This document shows positions 30,821-39,264 of a stretch of 64,000 nt of DNA, one piece after another. The stretch lies in the NCBI GenBank assembly GCA_943348755.1, contig CALQYS010000001.1, positions 69,963-133,962 of the forward strand. The letters are read 5' to 3'. Origin of the DNA: Candidatus Nomurabacteria bacterium (GTDB taxonomy: Bacteria; Patescibacteriota; Minisyncoccia; Phycocordibacterales; UBA9973). The notes below the pieces were generated by a model that ran no database searches, was not told the origin of the DNA, and was given only the letters and a program-made list of their open reading frames with translations. Both the position numbers and the translations under genes were made by a program. Position 1 is the stretch's first letter, and every line of letters starts with the position of its first letter.

Positions 30821-30937
30821 GTCCCATGCTGAATCATTAATCGCCCAAACGATGAGGAATCGTCCGAGGGCGATTTTTCATTTCTGCTTAGCTTCCCTAG
30901 ATTATCATATATGATATGTTAAGGAATTATTAGTGCG

Positions 30938-32221
30938 TTAGTTCTTGCCTAACGCAGACTTGCCTATATCTTTTCTATACTGCATCCCTTCAAATGATAT
31001 TTTTTCGATAGCTTTGTAAGCTTTATCAAGTGCTTCCTTCATAGAGCTTCCAGTCGCTGAGACTCCAAGTACTCGTCCGCCGTTAGTTGTGAGGTCTTGC
31101 CTAACAATTTTAGTGCCCGCATGAAAGATAATGACGTCTGGCTGCATACCTGCTTCCATTATTCCAGAAATTACTTTGCCTTTTTCGTAACTCCCTGGAT
31201 ATCCACCTGAAGCAATAGCAATATTACATGCATATAGCTCTTTCCACTTTATTTTTAAGTCAGTAATTTTCCCATCGATACTGGCGTCGACGATATCGAG
31301 CAAGTCAGTATCAAGCAGTCGCATATATGTCTGAGTCTCAGGGTCGCCAAAACGCGCATTGAATTCAAAAACCTTTGGGCCTTCGGGGGTTAGCATTATT
31401 CCCGGATACAAAATGCCCACAAATGGTCTGCCCTCCCTTGCCATGCCTTCGATTGTTGGTTTGATGATTTCTTTCTCAATCCTTTTCATCATAGCGCTGT
31501 CTATGAATGGTAGTGGCGCGATGACTCCCATGCCACCAGTGTTCGGACCGACGTTGCCGTCAAAGATACGCTTGTGGTCTTGAGAACAAGGAAACATCTT
31601 AAAAGACTTTCCGTCAGAAATGGCGTGGGCTGAGATCTCTATTCCAGATAAGTATTCTTCGATAACTACTTCATTCCCCGCGTTACCGAAAACTTTTTTT
31701 ACGAGTACATCTTCGAGAGACCTCAAGGCTTCTTCCTTAGTTTGAGCCACAGTCACCCCTTTGCCGAGCGCGAGTCCGCTTGCTTTGATGACCACAGGTA
31801 CTGCCCCCTTTTCAACATACTTTTTTGCCTTCTCAAAATCATTAAATACTTCGTATTTTGCAGTGGGGACACCATGCCTCTTCATGAAGTCCTTCGCATA
31901 CGCTTTGGACCATTCGAGCTCGCTCGCAGCCTTTGTGGGGCCCCAGATGCGCAAACCTTCAGCCCTAAATGCATCGACTATACCTAGCGAGAGAGGATCA
32001 TCAGGCAAAGCCAGTGTTAGATCTATCTTTTCTCTCTTAGCGAATTCTACTAGTTTTGGGATATCTGTGGCAGAAATGGTAACGTTTGTCCCTAATTCAA
32101 GGGTGCCGGCATTACCTGGAGCAAAGTATAAACTTCCGGCTCGTTCAGACTGAGACACTTTCCACCCCACGGCATGTTCTCTACCTCCCCCGCCAATTAT
32201 TAAAATTTTCTGTTTTTGCAT
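30938..32221 (-). CDS. purD: Phosphoribosylamine-glycine ligase
   Basis: MQKQKILIIGGGGREHA N-terminus; ATP-grasp core; 427 aa. Confidence 0.95.
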   Translation of the reverse strand: MQKQKILIIGGGGREHAVGWKVSQSERAGSLYFAPGNAGTLELGTNVTISATDIPKLVEFAKREKIDLTLALPDDPLSLGIVDAFRAEGLRIWGPTKAASELEWSKAYAKDFMKRHGVPTAKYEVFNDFEKAKKYVEKGAVPVVIKASGLALGKGVTVAQTKEEALRSLEDVLVKKVFGNAGNEVVIEEYLSGIEISAHAISDGKSFKMFPCSQDHKRIFDGNVGPNTGGMGVIAPLPFIDSAMMKRIEKEIIKPTIEGMAREGRPFVGILYPGIMLTPEGPKVFEFNARFGDPETQTYMRLLDTDLLDIVDASIDGKITDLKIKWKELYACNIAIASGGYPGSYEKGKVISGIMEAGMQPDVIIFHAGTKIVRQDLTTNGGRVLGVSATGSSMKEALDKAYKAIEKISFEGMQYRKDIGKSALGKN

Positions 32222-32234
32222 CAGATTATATAAA

Positions 32235-32972
32235 TTAATATGCCAATGCTGTATCGTTATTTACACTTCTGACAGCTTGATTATAATAATATTTAACTCT
32301 ATCTAAAAAATGTGATAAAGAATTAGGATCCACATTTTCATAGCCAAATTCATATAGTGTATTATTTAATCTTTCCAAATTTCTAATTTCTACATGTTCT
32401 ATGGGTACTGCCTTGATTAAATTATCCATATCCCCGAAAACGAAATCTATCTCTGTTGGCTCATCTTTAGTTAAAATAAAGAAAGGTACATCATCTTTAT
32501 AAATTTCAATTCCCTCATGCGCTGCTTTTAAGCCTTCAGTAAAAAATTCTTCCAGAAATCTATCTAAATTAGAAAATTCTTTTATTTTTGGTCTACCAAA
32601 GCTTTCTACCGTGACCCTTCTGTGATTTTTGCTTCCAATACATATTTGATTATCTTTAAAACCCGTTGTCATCAATATACTCTCATTATCTTCACCTATT
32701 CTAAATGTTAGGAACACCCTTAAACCAGCCTTTTTTGCTCGAGAATAATTTTCAAATGCAAAGCTAGCCCTTTGAGTCGCACTACGCCACTCATTTGCTA
32801 AATATTTTTTTATTATAAATCTTTTTTTATGACCACCGATTTCAACCACTGCGTCAAAAATATTTCCGAAATTTCCTCCGTTAATTTTCTTTTCACTAAT
32901 TATTTCTACTTCAGTTTTCCCCCCAGTATCTTTTCTGAAAGAAAACCCAGTTGGTTCAAATTCGTTACTCAT
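32235..32972 (-). CDS. Hypothetical protein with protein-kinase-like motifs, embedded in the pur operon
   Basis: 245 aa. NGGNFGNIFDAVV resembles a GxGxFGxV glycine loop, followed by KRFIIKK (VAIK-like lysine) and a later IDFVFGD (DFG-like). This is reading of motifs only, not a confirmed fold. Confidence 0.55.
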   Translation of the reverse strand: MSNEFEPTGFSFRKDTGGKTEVEIISEKKINGGNFGNIFDAVVEIGGHKKRFIIKKYLANEWRSATQRASFAFENYSRAKKAGLRVFLTFRIGEDNESILMTTGFKDNQICIGSKNHRRVTVESFGRPKIKEFSNLDRFLEEFFTEGLKAAHEGIEIYKDDVPFFILTKDEPTEIDFVFGDMDNLIKAVPIEHVEIRNLERLNNTLYEFGYENVDPNSLSHFLDRVKYYYNQAVRSVNNDTALAY

Positions 32973-32984
32973 TTTTTTATTATC

Positions 32985-33596
32985 CTATAATTTTCCCAAA
33001 ACGTCCACATATAATTTATTTTCTTTTTTCTTAAGCCTTGAGTATAAAGATTCCACATTATCATTTTCTTCTACTTTTTCAAAAACTCTGCCTAAAACTG
33101 GCCCGAAATCAAAGTTTAAGGTCAAAAAGTGGATAGAGGAGCCGGCGAAGGTAGATTTTTGGTCTAAAAAGTTCTGGATAGCCTTAGTGGCGAGCATCCC
33201 TTTATTCCAAAGTGCCTTTGTGCCGTCTGGATTCTGTATTTCACCATTCGTAGTGTCTGGGATAAGCCCTGGGTGCAAATTCAAGATTTTATTTGGAAAA
33301 GCGGTGATGACTTCATTTAGAATTATTTTTTTCCAGCCAGCAAGGCACATGTAGTCGGGATTTATTTTTTGTAAAAGTGGAAGTAAAGTTTCCTTCTTCG
33401 AACATATTTCTATTTTCAGATTATGCTTTCTGGCTCGCTCCAACCCTGGAGTATTTTCCTTATCAGAGATCACAGCCGAGATTTCGGCATTAATTTTTCC
33501 AGATTCAACTCCGTCAATTATTGCTTGCAGGTTTGTGCCAGTGCCGGCATCAGAAATAAGAATGACAAGTTTCTTTTTAGTCTTTTGGGACATCAT
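32985..33596 (-). CDS. purN: GAR formyltransferase
   Basis: KLVILISDAGTGTNLQAIID N-terminus; formyltransferase fold; overlaps purF by 20 nt. Confidence 0.9.
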   Translation of the reverse strand: MMSQKTKKKLVILISDAGTGTNLQAIIDGVESGKINAEISAVISDKENTPGLERARKHNLKIEICSKKETLLPLLQKINPDYMCLAGWKKIILNEVITAFPNKILNLHPGLIPDTTNGEIQNPDGTKALWNKGMLATKAIQNFLDQKSTFAGSSIHFLTLNFDFGPVLGRVFEKVEENDNVESLYSRLKKKENKLYVDVLGKL

Positions 33597-35025
33597 AATT
33601 TATCTCTTTTTCTCTTTCGTGTATTGGTATCGGATAAACTCCATCAAAGGACGCAAGAGAAAATCTAGATTTTGGCAGTCCGGTAGCCGCTATCATGCCC
33701 TCGATAGAGAGATATGAGACGGATGTTGCCCCCAAGAAATCCTTTATTTCTTTCATTGTCTTGTGCGAGGCGATAAGCTCTGATTGATTTGGGGTGTCAA
33801 TCCCATAAAAGTCTGGGAATTTTATCGGGGCAGAGCTGACCAAGAAGTGCACTTCTTTAGCACCAGCATCGAAAAGCATTTTTACGATTTGTTTACTTGT
33901 GGTTCCACGAACTATAGAATCATCCATCACGGCGATTTTTTCCCCTTCAATCACTTTTCGAAGTGGGCTTAGCTTCATCCTCACTTTTTCTGCGCGTAAT
34001 TCTTGAGTGGGCTCGATGAAGGTGCGGTTGATGTAGCGGTTTTTAGAAATGGCCATTTCAAATGGGATGCCTGACTCTTCTGCATAGCCTATAGCAGCTG
34101 AAATAGCTGATTCCGGCACTGGGATGATCATATCAACCTCATTTATACCGTGTCTGTAGTGCTTTTTGGTCTCTCGGGCCAGCATGCGGCCGAGGTTTTT
34201 CCTTACTTCATATACTGGTCTGTCTAACATCACACTGTCGTAGCGGGCAAAATAAACAAACTCAAAAATATCAAATTTAGGCTTAGCCTTTGCCACTTTT
34301 TTGCTTTTGACCACGATTTTACCCTTGCTTCTTTGGACGATTACCATTTCTCCTGGTTCTATTTCTCTGACAAATTTTGCTCCAAGCGTGTCTAGCGCAC
34401 ATGTCTCAGAACAAATTATTATCTCTTCGCCCTTTTTACCTAGGACCAAGGGACGAATCCCGCAAGGATCACGGAATCCGACCAAGATGTCCAAACCAAG
34501 TGCTACACAAGAAAATGCCCCAGTGAAAAGCGGATACGTCCTTGCGATAGCATCCGGGAGAGATTGGCCCTTTTTCATATACACGGCGATGGCCTGCGTC
34601 ATGAGCTGGGAGTCAGACATGTCTTTCGTCAGTTCGTTGTTCTTTTTTAAGAATTTAACCAATTTTTCGATACTAGGCAGATTGCCATTGTGCCCCAAAG
34701 CGAAAAGATTATCAAAAAGAAAGGGCTGAGCATATTCGACGTGGTTGCCGTTTGAAGTGGAGTAGCGGTTGTGTCCGATCGCAGCAAAACCTGGGAGCTT
34801 TTTTAAAATTTCTTCGGTGTAAATTTGGCTCACTAATCCTTCATTTTTATGTAAGCGAAGCTTGTTGCCATCAGTTGTGGCAATGCCAGAGTGTTCTTGT
34901 CCACGATGTTGAAGAGAAAATAGTCCGAAGTAAGTCTCTCTAGTTATTCTATTTTCCTTTTCCAGCGCTGGAGAATCAATATTTCCAAAAATTCCAAAAA
35001 CCGCGCACTTTTCGTTAAGATCCAT
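33577..35025 (-). CDS. purF: Amidophosphoribosyltransferase
   Basis: CAVFGIFG Ntn-amidotransferase catalytic Cys after a short propeptide; PRTase domain with VMDDSIVRGTT. Confidence 0.95.
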   Translation of the reverse strand: MDLNEKCAVFGIFGNIDSPALEKENRITRETYFGLFSLQHRGQEHSGIATTDGNKLRLHKNEGLVSQIYTEEILKKLPGFAAIGHNRYSTSNGNHVEYAQPFLFDNLFALGHNGNLPSIEKLVKFLKKNNELTKDMSDSQLMTQAIAVYMKKGQSLPDAIARTYPLFTGAFSCVALGLDILVGFRDPCGIRPLVLGKKGEEIIICSETCALDTLGAKFVREIEPGEMVIVQRSKGKIVVKSKKVAKAKPKFDIFEFVYFARYDSVMLDRPVYEVRKNLGRMLARETKKHYRHGINEVDMIIPVPESAISAAIGYAEESGIPFEMAISKNRYINRTFIEPTQELRAEKVRMKLSPLRKVIEGEKIAVMDDSIVRGTTSKQIVKMLFDAGAKEVHFLVSSAPIKFPDFYGIDTPNQSELIASHKTMKEIKDFLGATSVSYLSIEGMIAATGLPKSRFSLASFDGVYPIPIHEREKEINYDVPKD

Positions 35026-35029
35026 TTTA

Positions 35030-35857
35030 TTATTTAAAATATTTAACTGCGTTTTTAAAAATCTGCAATCCTGCTCCTTCTTTTTTCACCCCGCCATGGA
35101 GGGGCAAGCCTTCCTTATTTATCTGCCACAGTGGACTTTGATGTGAAAACATTGCTCTCTCAGGATGTGGCATCATCCCTAAAACCCTCCCATTATATGC
35201 TAAAACTCCCGCAATGTCATGGTCCGAGCCGTTTGGGTTATGTTCTAGATTTTGAAACTTGGCTATCTCTCCTTTTGTATAAGTAAAGGCGATCTGCCCG
35301 CCTTTTTTCATCTTTCGGTATTCTTTTTCAGAAATGACGTAGCGACCCTCGCCGTGCGCTATCGGTAACGATATTTTCTTGATGCCTGCGAGCCATGGGC
35401 TACTCACCCCGCCATGGCGGGGTGAACCCGTAACTTTTAGATCTACCCAACGATCCATATAGCGTCCGTTTTTGTTGTAGGTTAGAGCCCCTGGTAATAT
35501 TCCCAAGTTGGTAATTATCTGAAAACCATTACAAATGCCGATGACGAGGGTGTCCCGAGATAGAAATTCCTCGAGTTCTTTTGATAAATGATTTTTAAAC
35601 TTATTCGCGAAAGCTTTTCCACTGCCTGTATCGTCCCCATAGGAAAATCCTCCAGGGAAAGCCAAAATTTGATACTGAGAAAGCATTTGGGGCTTGGCGA
35701 TTAAGTCGTTTATATGCACGATGTCCGCCAGCCCTCCCGCACTCTCAAAAGCGAACTTCGTTTCTTCTTCGCAATTGAGTCCATATCCGGATAAAATTAT
35801 AATTTTTGGTTTTTTCATGTGATTTAATTCCCTCACCCCTTGCTTTCCCCTCTCCAT
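35030..35857 (-). CDS. purQ: FGAM synthase glutaminase subunit
   Basis: KIIILSGYGLNCEEET...CNGFQ class I GATase signature; 275 aa. Confidence 0.9.
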   Translation of the reverse strand: MERGKQGVRELNHMKKPKIIILSGYGLNCEEETKFAFESAGGLADIVHINDLIAKPQMLSQYQILAFPGGFSYGDDTGSGKAFANKFKNHLSKELEEFLSRDTLVIGICNGFQIITNLGILPGALTYNKNGRYMDRWVDLKVTGSPRHGGVSSPWLAGIKKISLPIAHGEGRYVISEKEYRKMKKGGQIAFTYTKGEIAKFQNLEHNPNGSDHDIAGVLAYNGRVLGMMPHPERAMFSHQSPLWQINKEGLPLHGGVKKEGAGLQIFKNAVKYFK

Positions 35858-35887
35858 TTAAGTAAATGGAGAGGGGCTGGGGAGAGG

Positions 35888-37555
35888 TCAATACACCTCT
35901 TGCTGGTAACATTTCTCGCAGTAAATTTGGTATATTTTCTGATCCTCGGGTCTATAAGATGTTTGTATCAGATTACCACATTTAGCACAATTTCCACTCC
36001 ATAAGTCACGCGGGTTTCTTTTACTCATTCTGGCTTCATGTCGGCAGTTAAAGCACTTAGCTGGCAGGGCTAATCTATTCTTTTTATAAAAATTCACCTC
36101 TCTATTTATTAATCTGTAATTTTTCTCGCAATTTTTACAAGTTAGAATTTCATTAACTAATGCATCGCTGTATTCTTCAGGATTTTTAGGTAAATTTTCG
36201 TATTCTATTGTCCCCTGTCCAGTTGTGCTTGGTATATTATCTTTCCATTTAAAACCTTGCCTCGTAGCTTCCTCTTTTGTAATTGGCATGTACTCATTTA
36301 CTATCGCTTCATTATAAGCAAATGGGCTAATAAATGCTGGAAAGAATTTACCCCAGTCTCCACTTTCTTTCATCTGCGCGATTATTTTTTCTTTTAGCGT
36401 AAAGTATTCTTCCTTTGAATATTGTTTATTTAAAATACAGTAAGATTTCTTGCGTAGACCATAACATCCAAAAACTTCATTACAGTTGTGACAATTATTT
36501 GAGTAATAAATATTATGGCAATCTACTATCATCTCAGAGGCTATGGCTATGTTGCTGTTGCTTATAGTCATAGCCTGATAACATTCAGATAGATCGCTGG
36601 TGAAAGAAATATCATACGAATCTATGGCTTCTCTAACTGTAAAGCAATGCCTAGAGTTTTCACCGCTTTTTATATCAAAGGAATCATGTACATTGTGTGC
36701 ATTATATATATGGTTACCAGAAACATCATTATTGTGAGAGCCAAAGAAAGAGCGCTGAGGAGTTATTTTACGTAAACTCTCCATCTCTTTTAAAATATAT
36801 TCGATAGAAGACTTTTCATTTAGGGGGTGTTCTAATAAGAATTTTTTGTATTCTTCTTTTGTAACTTGTTTATTGAAAATATGATAGGACTTGTTTACTT
36901 GCCCCACGCATCCGATGCAATTCAAACAGTTTCGACAATCAAAAAGTCCAATGGAGTCTACACAAGCTTCACATTCTTGTGAATAGAAAAGTTTCGCTGA
37001 GCCTAGGCAATCAACACAGTCGTAACAAGATTCTGATTTAAATAAATATAAATTATCAATAGAATCTCGGCAATTCCAAACTATGTGTCCATAATCGCAG
37101 TCTTCGTTCTCAAGAGCACCAAAAAGTAAATAGCAATTTTTACAGTCAATTATTTGATTAGTGTAATCGCAATTAACACTTCTAACGGCATTACGAGCCG
37201 GATGTGGTACAGCGTTAAAAAGAAGAGCGAGTTGCTTAAAAAATGACTTACTTAGATCAACATCTACAGCATAATCCATGGGTTCCCAGCTATCCCCCCA
37301 CCAGATCTCATTATCATAAACTGGGAATTTTGTATCTTCGTTGTACATCGAGATGATCATTTTACCGGATTTACTGCAGGGTCTTTTGTATAAAGTCTTA
37401 AAATTCCTAAAGGATGCACGAAGTTGCTGACGACATTGTGGGCACTGTTCCGGGGCAGGTATTCCCATCTTTTCATAAAAGCCAAAATCATCCGGCTCGA
37501 TGACGAAATCTTCGTTGCACTTTTTACATATTCGATTTTCGCTCTTGTGTTCCAT
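35888..37555 (-). CDS. Cysteine-rich protein, paralog B
   Basis: 555 aa. N-terminus CKKCNEDFVIEPDDFGFYEKMGIPAPEQCPQCRQQLR; C-terminus ...CFNCRHEARMSKRNP...YCEKCYQQEVY. Same architecture as paralogs A and C; third N-terminal zinc ribbon is degenerate. Confidence 0.75.
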   Translation of the reverse strand: MEHKSENRICKKCNEDFVIEPDDFGFYEKMGIPAPEQCPQCRQQLRASFRNFKTLYKRPCSKSGKMIISMYNEDTKFPVYDNEIWWGDSWEPMDYAVDVDLSKSFFKQLALLFNAVPHPARNAVRSVNCDYTNQIIDCKNCYLLFGALENEDCDYGHIVWNCRDSIDNLYLFKSESCYDCVDCLGSAKLFYSQECEACVDSIGLFDCRNCLNCIGCVGQVNKSYHIFNKQVTKEEYKKFLLEHPLNEKSSIEYILKEMESLRKITPQRSFFGSHNNDVSGNHIYNAHNVHDSFDIKSGENSRHCFTVREAIDSYDISFTSDLSECYQAMTISNSNIAIASEMIVDCHNIYYSNNCHNCNEVFGCYGLRKKSYCILNKQYSKEEYFTLKEKIIAQMKESGDWGKFFPAFISPFAYNEAIVNEYMPITKEEATRQGFKWKDNIPSTTGQGTIEYENLPKNPEEYSDALVNEILTCKNCEKNYRLINREVNFYKKNRLALPAKCFNCRHEARMSKRNPRDLWSGNCAKCGNLIQTSYRPEDQKIYQIYCEKCYQQEVY

Positions 37556-37602
37556 TTCTATTTTACTTTATTTAAATAAATTACTTTACTAAACTAAAGT
37601 AG

Positions 37603-39264
37603 CTAGTATATCTCCTGTTGATAACATTTCTCACAGTATACTATTTCTGGACGATCTGGCGAATAGCTTGTTTCGAATTCATTCATACAGTCTTGATTCA
37701 TGCATTTTTGATGCCAAAGCTTTCTTTCACCAGCAAGTTTTATTCTCTTTTCATGTCTACAATTTGGACATTTTCGTGGTATAGGCAAGCCCATCTTTCG
37801 GTAAAGATTGAGCTCGTAAGGCACTATTTTGTAATTTTTTCCACATTCACAAACCAAAACCTCTTTCATTATTTCGTCTTTTACATCATCTATGTTGTCT
37901 GGCAAAAGATCCATATCTACGGTTTCCTGCTTGTATGTGTTTGTATTTTTTTCCCACCAAGGTAGAGAAAGTTTTTCACAATCCTCCTTTGTTAATGGAA
38001 AATATTCTTGAGCTACTGTCTCATTATATCCAAAATTACTTATACCGATCGGGAAAAATTCTCCCCATTCGCCAGTTTTTTTCATATGTTCTATTATTTT
38101 ATTTTTAAGGATGAGATATTCTTCTTTGGAATATTGTTTGTTTAAAATACAATATTTCTTTTTTGACATGCCTATACAACCGAATAAATCAGAAGAATTG
38201 TTGCATTTATCGCAATACCAAATGTCATTCGAGTAATGTGAGGCATTGCAGAAGCCGGAGCTGCCTAAATTCAAAGTGCTTATTAGTTCGATATTAAAAG
38301 ATGGTTTATATAAGGAAAAATCTAGGTCATAACATTCTTTCGCGTCCAATACATCGCATAGATATTTTCCATTTTCAGCATTACTGACATCGAAACTCTC
38401 TTTTACATTCTTACAATTAAAAAGATCATCTCCTGTGCAGTTCGTACTATTTATTAGATTAGCGAACTTCGTAATCGCTTTTTTGGAATACTTCCCGAAT
38501 TCTTTTTTCAGATTTTCTAAAGCAGAAAAAGATTTTTTATTAAAGCCCGAAACAATTTTATTGTATTCTTCCCTGCTGTATGGTTTATTAAAAATATGGT
38601 ATGACTTATTTCTCAAGTTCCAGCACCCAAAACAATCGGTACAACTCCTACAATCATACATAAAATGACAATTGCTGCAGTCCGTGCACTTATTTAGAAA
38701 AGATGAGCCGTAGATTTTATGGCAATTCACGCATTCGTAATTTAATTCAGAATTGTAAACAAAAGAGCAATCTATGCAGTCCTTGGAGTATTTAATAAAT
38801 TTACAAAAGTAGCAATATTCGTTTTTCTCTCCAGCTATATCAAAGTAACAATAATTATCATCTCCGCAATAGCTTACATAATCGCTATTTTTACAATTTA
38901 CGATGTCCAGTGAAAGTGTCGGGACTTTTTTATAAAGATCTTTAAATTGTTCAAAAAATGGCTTGGAAAAATTAAAATCTTTCCCATACGAAAGCGGGTT
39001 AGACTTATCGCTCCACCAGCAGGATGGACACCAGACGGCTTGCTCCTTATCTCCATGATAATATGAAATTATTTTTTGATTACATGAATTACAATTACGC
39101 CAGTAAAAAACCCTTTCGTTTCTGATGGCGAGTCTGCGCTGATGCCGGCATTCTGGGCAAAATGTCGGTGGTGGGACTTTTATTTTTTCATAAAATCCAA
39201 AATCATCCGGTTCGATCACGAATTCCTTTTTACAATTCTGGCAAATTTTATTTTCCGCTTTCAT
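37603..39264 (-). CDS. Cysteine-rich protein, paralog C
   Basis: 553 aa. N-terminus CQNCKKEFVIEPDDFGFYEKIKVPPPTFCPECRHQRR is near-identical to paralog A. Start codon overlaps the purL stop (TAATG). Confidence 0.75.
   Translation of the reverse strand: MKAENKICQNCKKEFVIEPDDFGFYEKIKVPPPTFCPECRHQRRLAIRNERVFYWRNCNSCNQKIISYYHGDKEQAVWCPSCWWSDKSNPLSYGKDFNFSKPFFEQFKDLYKKVPTLSLDIVNCKNSDYVSYCGDDNYCYFDIAGEKNEYCYFCKFIKYSKDCIDCSFVYNSELNYECVNCHKIYGSSFLNKCTDCSNCHFMYDCRSCTDCFGCWNLRNKSYHIFNKPYSREEYNKIVSGFNKKSFSALENLKKEFGKYSKKAITKFANLINSTNCTGDDLFNCKNVKESFDVSNAENGKYLCDVLDAKECYDLDFSLYKPSFNIELISTLNLGSSGFCNASHYSNDIWYCDKCNNSSDLFGCIGMSKKKYCILNKQYSKEEYLILKNKIIEHMKKTGEWGEFFPIGISNFGYNETVAQEYFPLTKEDCEKLSLPWWEKNTNTYKQETVDMDLLPDNIDDVKDEIMKEVLVCECGKNYKIVPYELNLYRKMGLPIPRKCPNCRHEKRIKLAGERKLWHQKCMNQDCMNEFETSYSPDRPEIVYCEKCYQQEIY

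Noticed and set aside
30398-30937. RNase P RNA / tmRNA / SRP RNA in the purA-purD gap
   Set aside because: None of the conserved cores (GGAAGCAGC for SRP, AGGAAAGTCCGGGCTCC for RNase P, tRNA-like tmRNA 3' end) could be found on either strand.
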